From the sequence record SRR22947725_419: 54,807 nucleotides of DNA; one strand, 5' to 3'. The translations under genes and the position numbers were made by a program. Positions 45,532-54,807 of the stretch are shown piece by piece (position 1 is the first letter of the stretch; the number at the start of each line of letters is the position of its first letter). The notes under the pieces are model-generated. The model saw only the letters and a list, made by a program, of their open reading frames with translations, did not search any database and was not told the DNA's origin.

Positions 45532-45695
45532 GAATTTATGCTGAATTTTATTGTCTTTATTTAAAATTTGAGGCTGAAATGAATAAAATTCACAGCTTAT
45601 TAAAATGAATTATCAAATTTAAAAAAAGTCCATCGTTTAATGAGTGAAAACTCTATTTTTACATTATCGATAAAATAAGCAGTGAATCAATTGAT

Positions 45696-47084
45696 ATGGT
45701 TGTAAAAAACACATTAAAGCAAGTGAAAAATAATCAAAATGACTTTTTTTCAGCTAAAAATACCTTCCCTTTACAAGTTCGTATAACGTATTTAAAGAAT
45801 CTTCGTAAAACCATAAAAGGATATGAATCAGAAATAACTGCGGCGCTCAAAAAAGACCTTAATAAACCAGAGACTGAAATTTGGCTAGCTGAGATACACG
45901 TAACAATTGATGAACTAAATACCGTAATTAAAAACCTTAGCCATTGGGCAAAACCCAAACGGGTGCCTTCAAAGTGGATCAATTTTCCTAGCAAAGACTG
46001 GATTATTCCCGAACCCTATGGAGTTACCCTGCATATAGCCCCATGGAATTACCCATTTCAATTGGCGTTAAACCCCATTATTGGAGCCGTTGCAGCAGGA
46101 AATACCGCGGTGCTAAAACCTTCTGAATATGCTCCTAAAACAGCAGAAATACTAGAGAAAATAATTACTGAGGTATTTCCTCCCGAGTGGGTTTATGTTG
46201 CACAGGGAGGGCCAGAAATTGCACAAGAATTATTAGGGATGCGTTGGGATTATATTTTTTTTACTGGAGGCACACGAATTGCTAAACTTGTTGCAAAAGC
46301 TGCAGCCGTTCACCTGACACCAACCACATTTGAACTTGGAGGAAAAAACCCATGTATCGTAGATCAAACAGCTAATATTAAAGTTAGCGCTAGGCGTATT
46401 GTTTGGGGGAAATTCATGAATTGTGGACAGGTGTGTATGTCACCCGACTACGTACTGGTACACAAAAGCAAGTATCCCCAACTTGTAAGTGCTATGAAAC
46501 TCGAAATCGAGCGCATGTATGGTAAAAATCCACAAACATCTCCCGACTATGCCCGCTTGGTGCACAAAGGGCATACCCAACACATTATGGATTTAATGGA
46601 AGGACAAACCATTTTACATGGTGGAGATTCTGATCTAAATGATTGTTATGTTGCTCCAACAATAATTGAACTAACATCGCTGGACACGAAAATAATGGAG
46701 GATGAAATTTTCGGTCCCCTCCTTCCTATTATAAGCTACGAAAATGAAAATGAAATAGCCACTACCATACATCGTTTTGAAAAACCATTATCGTTTTATG
46801 TGTTTTCGGAACGTAAAAAGTGGGCACGAAAAATGATGCGAAAACACAGTTATGGCGGGGGTATGATAAACGATGTGATTGTATATTTCACAAACGAAAA
46901 ACTTCCTTTTGGTGGTGTTGGACACAGCGGGACAGGTAGTTATCATGGAAAACATTCATTTGACACTTTTACACACTACAAATCCTATGTTGAACGCCCT
47001 ACCTGGTTTGATCCAAAACAGCGGTATGCTCCTTATGCTAAGACCTTCCCATTAGTGAAGAAAATCTTGCAGATTTTTAGTTAA
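45696..47084 (+). CDS. Aldehyde dehydrogenase (ALDH3-like, NAD(P)-dependent)
   Basis: PWNYP, KPSE, FFTGG, ELGGKNP, NCGQVCMSPDY, DEIFGP, PFGGVGHSG. Confidence 0.94.
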   Translation: MVVKNTLKQVKNNQNDFFSAKNTFPLQVRITYLKNLRKTIKGYESEITAALKKDLNKPETEIWLAEIHVTIDELNTVIKNLSHWAKPKRVPSKWINFPSKDWIIPEPYGVTLHIAPWNYPFQLALNPIIGAVAAGNTAVLKPSEYAPKTAEILEKIITEVFPPEWVYVAQGGPEIAQELLGMRWDYIFFTGGTRIAKLVAKAAAVHLTPTTFELGGKNPCIVDQTANIKVSARRIVWGKFMNCGQVCMSPDYVLVHKSKYPQLVSAMKLEIERMYGKNPQTSPDYARLVHKGHTQHIMDLMEGQTILHGGDSDLNDCYVAPTIIELTSLDTKIMEDEIFGPLLPIISYENENEIATTIHRFEKPLSFYVFSERKKWARKMMRKHSYGGGMINDVIVYFTNEKLPFGGVGHSGTGSYHGKHSFDTFTHYKSYVERPTWFDPKQRYAPYAKTFPLVKKILQIFS

Positions 47085-48613
47085 CCCAACCAGCCCTCAC
47101 GATCTAAACTTCGGTATTGAATCGCTTCAGCAATATGCGAATCCGCAATACTTTCACTAGCATCAAGGTCAGCAATAGTACGTGCTACTTTTAATATTCT
47201 GTCATAGGCTCTTGCTGATAATCGCAATTTATCCATCGCTGTTTTTAACAGCTTTAATGAGGGTTCTGACAGTGTACAAAATGTTCGGATTTGTTTTGAA
47301 TTCATTTCGGCATTGTGATGTATATGAGGCATTGCAGCAAAGCGTTTGGCTTGTTGCTTTCGAGCAGCAATCACTCGTTTTCGTATGGATTCGCTCGATT
47401 CCGCCAAGGGTGTTTGTGCAAGTTTTTCAAAAGGAACAGGTTGCACCTCAATATGCAAATCAATGCGATCCAATAGCGGCCCTGATATTTTACCCAAATA
47501 GCGTTGCATTTCAGCACCTGAATGTCCATATGAACCTGCATCTTCTTGAAAGTAACCTGAAGGTGTAGGGTTCATACTTGCCACCAACATAAACGAAGCT
47601 GGGTAGGTAATAGTAAACTTTGCACGAGCAATCGTAACTTCCCGATCCTCTAAGGGTTGTCGCATAACTTCCAAAACACCTCGTTTAAACTCTGGGAGTT
47701 CATCCAAAAATAGAACCCCATGATGTGCTAATGATATTTCACCTGGCTGGGGATACGTACCACCACCCACCAAGGCAACATCTGATATGGTATGATGTGG
47801 TGACCTAAGCGGCCGCCTGTGGATGATACCACTACCCTTCATTTTACCCGCCACAGAATGTATTTTAGTTGTTTCCAACGCCTCATTGGTAGTCATTGGA
47901 GGAAGGATACTTGGCAAGCGCTTTGCCAACATAGTTTTTCCCGATCCAGGAGGGCCAATTAAAATAATGTTATGTCCACCTGCTGCTGCAACTTCCATAC
48001 ATCGTTTAATTGACTCTTGTCCTTTTACATCTTCAAAATTCAAAAGACTTTTTGGTTGTTCCTTTAGCTGTGACGATAAGTCATAGTTTACTAGATTGTC
48101 GGAATGATAGGTTTTTAAAAATGATATCAACGCATTTAGATGCGAAAAGGCATGGACTTCTATTCCGTCAACAATAGCCGCCTCTTGGCCATTTTCTACT
48201 GGAAGCAATACTCCTTTAAAGTTATCAGCTTTTGCTTGTAGTGCCATAGGCAAAGCCCCTCGAACAGGACGTAAGCTACCGTCAAGCGATAGTTCGCCCA
48301 TAATCAACCATTGATCCAAATGCTCTGGTTTTACCTGGCCTGAAGCGACAAGTATACCTAGGGCAATAGGAACATCGTAAGCGGATCCTTCTTTGCGTAA
48401 GTCGGCAGGTGCCATATTAATGGTAATGCGCTTGCCTGGTAGTTTATACCCACACTCCATAAGCGCAGCTGCAATGCGGTGGTTACTTTCTTTAACGGCA
48501 TTGTCGGGCAATCCAACCAAATGATACCCAACTCCAGGGTGTATATGAACTTCTATGGTGATACATTGAGCTTCGATGCCAAAGACAGCACTGCCAAATA
48601 TTTGGGTAAGCAT
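47081..48613 (-). CDS. comM: YifB/ComM family Mg-chelatase-like AAA+ ATPase
   Basis: VGLPDNAVKES, INMAPADLRKEGS, GPPGSGKT, GEISLAH.GVLFLDE, GPLLDRID, SARAYDRILKVARTIADL. Confidence 0.93.
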   Translation of the reverse strand: MLTQIFGSAVFGIEAQCITIEVHIHPGVGYHLVGLPDNAVKESNHRIAAALMECGYKLPGKRITINMAPADLRKEGSAYDVPIALGILVASGQVKPEHLDQWLIMGELSLDGSLRPVRGALPMALQAKADNFKGVLLPVENGQEAAIVDGIEVHAFSHLNALISFLKTYHSDNLVNYDLSSQLKEQPKSLLNFEDVKGQESIKRCMEVAAAGGHNIILIGPPGSGKTMLAKRLPSILPPMTTNEALETTKIHSVAGKMKGSGIIHRRPLRSPHHTISDVALVGGGTYPQPGEISLAHHGVLFLDELPEFKRGVLEVMRQPLEDREVTIARAKFTITYPASFMLVASMNPTPSGYFQEDAGSYGHSGAEMQRYLGKISGPLLDRIDLHIEVQPVPFEKLAQTPLAESSESIRKRVIAARKQQAKRFAAMPHIHHNAEMNSKQIRTFCTLSEPSLKLLKTAMDKLRLSARAYDRILKVARTIADLDASESIADSHIAEAIQYRSLDREGWLG

Positions 48614-48663
48614 AACAGTAGGTTTGTATAAACTTACAAAAAATATTTACGTTCTTTGCCCTC

Positions 48664-49131
48664 ATGGATAAACAAGATTTTCGTGCCGTTTGCGGACAAT
48701 TTGCTACTGGAGTAACTGTAATTACTACCAAGCACAACAATTCACCTTTTGGATTTACAGCAAATTCATTTACTTCTGTTTCCTTAGACCCACCAATAGT
48801 TTTGTTTTGTTTAAAAACCGCATCGGAAACAAACAAAGCGTTTCAAGAAAGTAAAATCTTTGCAATCAATATACTCTCCGAAGATCAAGAAACAATATCA
48901 AATGCTTTCGCAAATCCAAACAACAGCCAAGAATCACGATTTAGAGAAGTTACTCTGACGCAAAATACGGCACCAGTTATAAAAGACAGTTTAGGATATT
49001 TAACAGGAACCATTATACAATCCCATGAAGTTGGTGATCACATTGTGTACTACGGACAAGTGGTTGAAGGGGTTAAAAATGAAGGTAATCCCCTACTCTA
49101 TGCCAAAGGCGGGTACCAACGCTTGGGTTGA
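48664..49131 (+). CDS. Flavin reductase family protein
   Basis: FATGVTVIT, TANSFTSVSLDPP, FAINIL, GDH, PLLY..G.Y. Confidence 0.94.
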   Translation: MDKQDFRAVCGQFATGVTVITTKHNNSPFGFTANSFTSVSLDPPIVLFCLKTASETNKAFQESKIFAINILSEDQETISNAFANPNNSQESRFREVTLTQNTAPVIKDSLGYLTGTIIQSHEVGDHIVYYGQVVEGVKNEGNPLLYAKGGYQRLG

Positions 49132-51045
49132 TTTACTAGCCGCAATTCCCTCTTTAAGCCACGCCAAATACGTAGCTGCATTCGTGTATTGCATAGGTGG
49201 GTTTAAAATGGTGCCATCTGGAAGCATCAATACATAATAGGGTTGAGAAACTGATTTAAAATTTAATGCTTGAAAGGTAGACCACTTCTGTCCTACCGTA
49301 GTCAGTTTTCGTGTACTGCCGTCATCGTAGGTTATGGTTTGCTGGTCGGAAATATCCAATAGCTTTCTATCATCTACATACAATGAAATAAGCACCACCT
49401 CATCACGCAACAACGCATACACTTCGGGCTGAGTCCATATATTTTCCTCTACTTTTCTACAGTTAACACAAGCCCAACCCGTAAAATCGAGTAATATGGG
49501 TTTTTGTTGTGCGATCGCAGCAGCCTTTCCTGTTTCAAAATCTTTGTAGCAGTCCAAGTTTAGAGGGCAATCTGAATCTGTTTTATAGATAGAATAAAAA
49601 GTAGGTGGCGGGAAACCACTAAGCGCACGTAATGGCGTTTGCTGGTTTGGAACAACTCCTTGCCCTAAATAAACTACAAAAAGAACAATTAGGACGGCCA
49701 CTCCTTTTTGAGGTAATGATGTTTTCTTGGTGTTGTGGTGTAAAAAACGAAGTCCTCCAAATAAATATACCGCCCATAAAAGAAGTATCAGCATCCATAT
49801 TGCTATAAACACTTCTCTTGGAAACATGCCAAAGTTTTGAACCATATCGGCATTGGATAGAAACTTGAGTGCCAAGGCCAATTCCACAAACCCCAATGAC
49901 ACTTTTACATGATGTAGCCATCCTCCGGATTTTGGTAGTTTATTTAACACGCTAGGGAAAAACGATAACACACCAAAGGGTAAGGCTAAAGCTGTTCCAA
50001 AGCCGAGCATACCAGCAGTAAGCTGGAGCGCACCTCCATCAGCAGTAAGAGATCCTACCAATAAGGAGCCTAAAATTGGACCTGTACACGAGAATGAAAC
50101 AACTGCTAGAGTAAGTGCCATAAAAAAGATACCCAAATAAGAAGAACGTGTAGATGCTGAATCAGATTTTGAGGACCAAGAAGCAGGTAATGTCAAGTCA
50201 AATAAACCAAAGAATGATAATGCAAAGGCTAAGAAAACAGCAAAGAAAATCAGGTTTAGAACAACATTTGTAGCGATGGTATTGAGTACTTCTGGACGTA
50301 ACTGGTCTAAAAAATGAAAAGGCAAACTCAATAGTGCATAAATAGCAATAATAGAAAACGCATAGGCTAAAGAACGTCGAATGCCTACACCACGGCTCAC
50401 GCTACTTTTTGAAAAATAAGAAACGGTAAGTGGAATTAAAGGAAACACACATGGAGTCAATAAAGCTATAAAACCACCAAATAAACCCAAAATAAATATA
50501 CGCCACCAGGACGCATTTGATGCTGAAACGGAAGCATCTAAAAATGATGTGTTATGCAACTCAAGCTGTAAATTATTGTTTGTTATTGCTATCGCCGTAA
50601 GATCGCGATTCGATGCATTTATCAGACTTCCATTGGTAGGAATTATCAGGGTTTCATCTCGAAATATACATACCGCATCATCACAAGCTTGATATTCAAT
50701 GGTAAGTGAAATCGTTTCATCTTCGGCTTGAACTGATTGGACCCAAGAAAGCTCATTGACATGATAGGATAAATCCATTTCAAAAATAGGATCAAATCCT
50801 GTTTTTGGCGTTGAGGCTTTAAGCATCCCTAATGGTGTAGCGTTATTCCAGACTAATATGGTGGGTAGAGGGCCGCCATCGGGTAAACTAACATCATACA
50901 GTTTCCAGTTTTCTTGAATGGTAGCTTTTAGAAGAACATCGTAAGTGTTTTCTTTAGTTTGTTTGGCTTGAGCACTCCATTGTATGGGATTGACTTGTGC
51001 ACATAAACTTTGAACGACTAGTATAAATAATAGTAGGTGTCTCAT
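49093..51045 (-). CDS. dsbD: Thiol:disulfide interchange protein DsbD
   Basis: N-terminal ACDDAVC, TM domain TPCVFP and SFSCTGP, thioredoxin DFTGWACVNCR. Confidence 0.92.
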   Translation of the reverse strand: MRHLLLFILVVQSLCAQVNPIQWSAQAKQTKENTYDVLLKATIQENWKLYDVSLPDGGPLPTILVWNNATPLGMLKASTPKTGFDPIFEMDLSYHVNELSWVQSVQAEDETISLTIEYQACDDAVCIFRDETLIIPTNGSLINASNRDLTAIAITNNNLQLELHNTSFLDASVSASNASWWRIFILGLFGGFIALLTPCVFPLIPLTVSYFSKSSVSRGVGIRRSLAYAFSIIAIYALLSLPFHFLDQLRPEVLNTIATNVVLNLIFFAVFLAFALSFFGLFDLTLPASWSSKSDSASTRSSYLGIFFMALTLAVVSFSCTGPILGSLLVGSLTADGGALQLTAGMLGFGTALALPFGVLSFFPSVLNKLPKSGGWLHHVKVSLGFVELALALKFLSNADMVQNFGMFPREVFIAIWMLILLLWAVYLFGGLRFLHHNTKKTSLPQKGVAVLIVLFVVYLGQGVVPNQQTPLRALSGFPPPTFYSIYKTDSDCPLNLDCYKDFETGKAAAIAQQKPILLDFTGWACVNCRKVEENIWTQPEVYALLRDEVVLISLYVDDRKLLDISDQQTITYDDGSTRKLTTVGQKWSTFQALNFKSVSQPYYVLMLPDGTILNPPMQYTNAATYLAWLKEGIAASKSTQALVPAFGIE

Positions 51046-52328
51046 TGCAATTTTATTTGAAGGGAGGACATTGGGCTTGTAGCTTCGAATTTACGATTAA
51101 TTCGTTTACCCACTACCCAAACAATAGCTGATCCAGAGCACAACAACCATTGCTCTTGCTTTTCCCTAGATGACAGTTTCTCATCTTTAAAAAATTTTGA
51201 GAGTTTTTTCTTTCCTGACATTCCAGAAGGATAAAACGCATCCCCCATTTTCCATCGTCGTAAAACCAATGGGAAATCCAATTTATCAGCATCCAATAAA
51301 ACGCAAGAATTGGATGGTTTATCATCAAATCCTTTAGTTGCAATCTCTAACTTAATTGGGGTATTGATTCCTGTTATGGGTACTAAATACTGGTCTTGAG
51401 TAGCTGTCGGTTTAGAAGGACACTTATGTAGGACTAAATGATGACGCTCGCGTAGGAGTTCGTGACTCTTACTCAAAGATTTCTTACCCGAATGGGTTTG
51501 CAATAGTTTGAGTACTTCTTCATGGTCAAAGCCATAGGGGGAAAACAGATGATGCAACCAAAACGATTGTGGAACTAGGGCTTCAATTGAGTAAATCGGT
51601 ATTTCAGCTGAACCATCAATTTCTTTCCAATGCCCCTTAATTTCAGTCAGCTGCTCAGAAATTGCATCAAAACTTTCTGCTATGTAACGTATAGATTCTA
51701 AGGTATTTGTTGCTGCTTGAGGTGAACTACTCAAAAAAGCTGGCATTACATTGTGCCGAATGGCGTTACGTAAATACTTAGTAGAACTATTAGACATGTC
51801 TTCCCGCCATTGTAGCTTGTTTTCTTTGGCGTAGTTCAAAAGCATCTCTTTAGAAAAAGGTAATAATGGACGAATTAGAAATCCATTACGTTCGCGAATC
51901 CCTCCTAAACCTGCTAACCCACTCCCACGACTGAGACGCAAGAAAAATGTTTCTAATTGATCGTCGGAATGATGGGCTGTAAGCACCGCATCAAACCCAT
52001 GGTTATTTTTAACCTTCTCAAAAAAAGCATAGCGCAACTCCCTAGCTTTTTCTTGGATTCCCGAAGCGTCAGGTTTAATTGGTTCGGATTCTGAATAGCA
52101 ATGAACCTTTAGTGTTTGAGCAAGTTCTTCTACGAATTCTTGATCTAAATCACTGTCTACCTCTCTAAGTTTATAATTTACATGGGCTAGTGCAAAAGTA
52201 TATCCACAAGCCTCTAACATATGTGCCAGAACGACGCTATCCATACCCCCACTTACAGCCACCAAAAATCGGTGCGTGGCCGGAGGTCCTAAAGAACCGA
52301 GTAAATGCGTATTAAACTTTGGATCCAT
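51042..52328 (-). CDS. tilS: tRNA(Ile)-lysidine synthetase
   Basis: AVSGGMDS, ARELRY, TAHHSDDQLET, IRPLL, EDMSN, RNAIRH, C-terminal domain. Confidence 0.96.
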   Translation of the reverse strand: MDPKFNTHLLGSLGPPATHRFLVAVSGGMDSVVLAHMLEACGYTFALAHVNYKLREVDSDLDQEFVEELAQTLKVHCYSESEPIKPDASGIQEKARELRYAFFEKVKNNHGFDAVLTAHHSDDQLETFFLRLSRGSGLAGLGGIRERNGFLIRPLLPFSKEMLLNYAKENKLQWREDMSNSSTKYLRNAIRHNVMPAFLSSSPQAATNTLESIRYIAESFDAISEQLTEIKGHWKEIDGSAEIPIYSIEALVPQSFWLHHLFSPYGFDHEEVLKLLQTHSGKKSLSKSHELLRERHHLVLHKCPSKPTATQDQYLVPITGINTPIKLEIATKGFDDKPSNSCVLLDADKLDFPLVLRRWKMGDAFYPSGMSGKKKLSKFFKDEKLSSREKQEQWLLCSGSAIVWVVGKRINRKFEATSPMSSLQIKLQ

Positions 52329-53625
52329 AACGTACCGGGCTAACAGGTTGATTTGCCAATAGTTGCTTAATCGCTTTTACTTTAAGCTGACATTCTTCAT
52401 ATTCTTTTTCCACATCTGCTGCTGCGGTAAGGGCACTTCCCACATGCGCAGAAATGTACCGTTGATCAGCATCATACACCAAGCTACGTATAACGACATT
52501 AAAATCAAAGTCACCATTAGGAGCGAAATAACCAACAGCCCCGCTATACAATCCGCGCTGACTATTTTCATATTGATTAATCAACTCCATGGCACGTTGT
52601 TTTGGCGCACCAGTCATGCTTCCCATCGGAAAACAGGCATTGATAATATCAAGTGAAGAAGTGTTTGTGTCACAAGTAGCGGTAATGGTGGAAATCATTT
52701 GATGTACCTGAGCAAAAGGATAAACAACACATTGCTCTTCAACAGTTACTGACCCCTTTTGGGCTACTCGAGAAAGATCATTGCGGACTAAATCTGTAAT
52801 CATGATGTTTTCCGAGCGTTCTTTACTGTCCTCTTTTAAATTTTGTGCGGCAGCGGCATCCAATATTGGATCAAGATGTCGAGCTGCTGTTCCTTTTATA
52901 GGTTGTGACTTTAATGCATTTCCACGACGTTGTAAAAAGCGTTCAGGGGAAGCGCACATCAAATGAATATCATCAATGTTTACATAGGCTGCATAGGGTG
53001 TTTTTGCAATTTCATTAAGTGCTAAAAACAACGATGAAGGTTGAATATCAATATTTTCAGCATACCATTCTACACAGTAATTAATTTCATATATGTCTCC
53101 GCGAAGAATATGCTCTTGTAGCGCTTGAGCTTTTTCTACATACTGATGTCTAGAGACGCGTGGGGATAAATCAATTGATTGGCTTTGAGGGTGAGTTTTA
53201 AGGATAGAATTTTTCAACTGGATGAAATCTACAGCTGGATCATCAACTCCGCTATAAAGCGCTGTAAGGGTTGATCCTTTTAAAAGCCAAATCTTCTCTG
53301 GAACAAAAAATTGAAGTGTCGGGATTTTTAAATATACAGGATTCGTGGGAGAAACACATTCCCAGTCCTGAGCATATTCATAACTAAAAAAACCAAATAG
53401 CCAATCCTTACCCAGAAACTGAACAAGTTCTTTTTGGGTAGAAAGTTGTGCGTTTTCATGTGCTAAACCAATACCCAAAATTGCATCATATTCTCGCCGT
53501 TGGTGTGGGTATTCATTAGAATCATGCCAAGACACAGGAGAAGTATCCTTTGCCCAAGAAAACAAGCGTTGTTTGATATCAGGAATATCTTGAACGTTAA
53601 ATACTTTTTTAGTGCGATGTACCAA
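52312..53625 (-). CDS. pabB: Aminodeoxychorismate synthase component I
   Basis: ASPERFL, QPIKGT, ENIMITDLVRNDL, PMGSMTGAPK, RGLYSG, VVIRS. TAATTTTG promoter motif at 53652-53645. Confidence 0.88.
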   Translation of the reverse strand: MVHRTKKVFNVQDIPDIKQRLFSWAKDTSPVSWHDSNEYPHQRREYDAILGIGLAHENAQLSTQKELVQFLGKDWLFGFFSYEYAQDWECVSPTNPVYLKIPTLQFFVPEKIWLLKGSTLTALYSGVDDPAVDFIQLKNSILKTHPQSQSIDLSPRVSRHQYVEKAQALQEHILRGDIYEINYCVEWYAENIDIQPSSLFLALNEIAKTPYAAYVNIDDIHLMCASPERFLQRRGNALKSQPIKGTAARHLDPILDAAAAQNLKEDSKERSENIMITDLVRNDLSRVAQKGSVTVEEQCVVYPFAQVHQMISTITATCDTNTSSLDIINACFPMGSMTGAPKQRAMELINQYENSQRGLYSGAVGYFAPNGDFDFNVVIRSLVYDADQRYISAHVGSALTAAADVEKEYEECQLKVKAIKQLLANQPVSPVRYGSKV

Positions 53626-53670
53626 AGAGAATGTTCGTTTGAAACAAAATTAGTCAAATGAGTAAGGAAA

Positions 53671-53702
53671 TTGTCATAACAGTGAAAAAAAATATATATT
53701 TG
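53671..53702 (+). promoter_or_regulatory. arg operon promoter TTG-N21-TATATTTG
   Basis: Exact -7 element at 53695-53702 and TTG at 53671-53673. Confidence 0.7.
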
Positions 53703-53706
53703 CATC

Positions 53707-53769
53707 ATGACTGTAAGTAATATTTTACCGTTTTCAAACACACCGCGTTTCCGTCGCCCCTTGGGGTGA
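53707..53769 (+). other. Candidate Arg-rich leader peptide ORF, 20 aa (MTVSNILPFSNTPRFRRPLG)
   Basis: ATG 4 nt after the -7 element; three Arg codons within four codons near the 3' end; lies upstream of the arg genes. Confidence 0.6.
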
Positions 53770-53846
53770 TCGCTTCTTCTATGAAACCAAGGTGTGTCCG
53801 GTTTCCTCCCTCGTCATTTATCAGTCCAATTTTTTTTTAATTTATC

Positions 53847-54437
53847 ATGGAAATTCAAGTTGCTAAACGCATTCACGTAAAGTATGCATCCATTATTTCA
53901 GAAACGATTTCTTCTTCTGCACAAGTACGAGGAACAGGAATTGCTCGCCGTACACCTGAATATATTCAGAAAAAAATAGAATCAGGTGATGCCATAATAG
54001 CTCTTGATGGCGAAACCTTTGCCGGTTTTTGTTACATAGAAGCATGGGGGCATGAAAAATATGTTGCGCATTCAGGATTAATTGTCGCTCCAGTTTATAG
54101 AGGAATAGGATTAGCGAAAAAAATCAAGACCCAAATTTTTGCTTACACAAAAGAAAAATACCCAAATGCCAAAATATTTGGGATAACAACTGGTTTGCCA
54201 GTAATGAAAATTAATTATGATCTAGGCTATAAGCCCGTCACTTTTTCACAGCTTACCGATGACCCATCCTTTTGGAAAGGGTGTCAAACCTGTAAAAATT
54301 ACGATGTGCTTACCCGAACCAACCAAACCATGTGCTTGTGTACTGGAATGCTTTACGATCCTGCTGTCAAAAACAGCAATGGCATTGTTGGTAGAATTCA
54401 ATCTTTTAAAAAAGCTTTTAAACGAGAAAAAAAATGA
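53847..54437 (+). CDS. GNAT acetyltransferase, probable Bacteroidota-type N-acetylglutamate synthase (ArgA function)
   Basis: RGTGIARR, GFCYIE.W, SGLIV...RGIGLA, FGITT, FWKGC..C..C.C; translationally coupled to argG. Confidence 0.8.
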   Translation: MEIQVAKRIHVKYASIISETISSSAQVRGTGIARRTPEYIQKKIESGDAIIALDGETFAGFCYIEAWGHEKYVAHSGLIVAPVYRGIGLAKKIKTQIFAYTKEKYPNAKIFGITTGLPVMKINYDLGYKPVTFSQLTDDPSFWKGCQTCKNYDVLTRTNQTMCLCTGMLYDPAVKNSNGIVGRIQSFKKAFKREKK

Positions 54438-54807
54438 AGAAAAAATTAGTTTTAGCCTATAGCGGAGGCCTAGACACCTCGTATTGTGTAAAGTCACTTA
54501 GCCAGCAAGGCTATGAAGTACATGCCGTAAGTGTTAACACCGGGGGATTTGATGCTAAAGAAGTAACAGCGCTTGAAACAAAAGCACTTTCTTTAGGAGC
54601 ACACTCCTATAAAAGCATTGAAGCTGTAGAAACATTTTACCAAGACATTGTGAAATATTTAGTGTTTGGAAATGTGTTAAAAAACAGCACCTATCCATTA
54701 TCGGTAAGTGCAGAACGCGTTACGCAGGCGGTAGCCATTGTAAACTACGCAAAGGAAATTAATGCGACATCTATTGCTCATGGAAGTACAGGTGCAGGAA
54801 ATGATCA
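54434..54807 (+). CDS. argG: Argininosuccinate synthase (3'-truncated by the window; absent from the ORF track)
   Basis: MKKKLVLAYSGGLDTS...YPLSVSAER...IAHGSTGAGND. ATG overlaps the GNAT stop (ATGA). Confidence 0.96.
   Translation, partial: MKKKLVLAYSGGLDTSYCVKSLSQQGYEVHAVSVNTGGFDAKEVTALETKALSLGAHSYKSIEAVETFYQDIVKYLVFGNVLKNSTYPLSVSAERVTQAVAIVNYAKEINATSIAHGSTGAGND

Noticed and set aside
47081-48613. Magnesium chelatase indicating phototrophy
   Set aside because: Motifs and the Lon-like N-terminus match YifB/ComM, and no bch/chl genes are present.

Overview
This is a gene-dense, mostly housekeeping segment of a Bacteroidota chromosome, most likely Flavobacteriaceae. The assignment rests on TAnnTTTG promoter elements, A-rich start contexts without Shine-Dalgarno sites, a fused E1 alpha/beta subunit, a glutaminyl cyclase and a GNAT-argG arrangement. 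It carries uvrA (5'-truncated), holA, uvrD/pcrA, recG, pheT, an ABC-F, fsa/tal, SRP RNA (ffs), glyA, smpB, pcm, yggS, miaA, purC, phoH, dnaN, gapN, ilvDBNCA, comM/yifB, dsbD, tilS, pabB and the start of an arginine operon. Spacing is very tight, and I see no CRISPR array, tRNA, rRNA, integrase or transposase. The unexplained signals are small-scale: (1) tiny, apparently leaderless ORFs enriched in the cognate amino acid in front of both biosynthetic operons (Arg-rich MTVSNILPFSNTPRFRRPLG with alternative helices before the arg operon; MILIILY before ilvD); (2) an AT-rich PrcB-like lipoprotein gene bracketed almost exactly by inverted REP-like palindromes, resembling a one-gene cassette; (3) a DUF62 gene with no canonical start codon; (4) an SDR start codon directly after the SRP RNA U-tract. 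All calls come from reading the sequence and from recalled family knowledge; no searches or folding were run.
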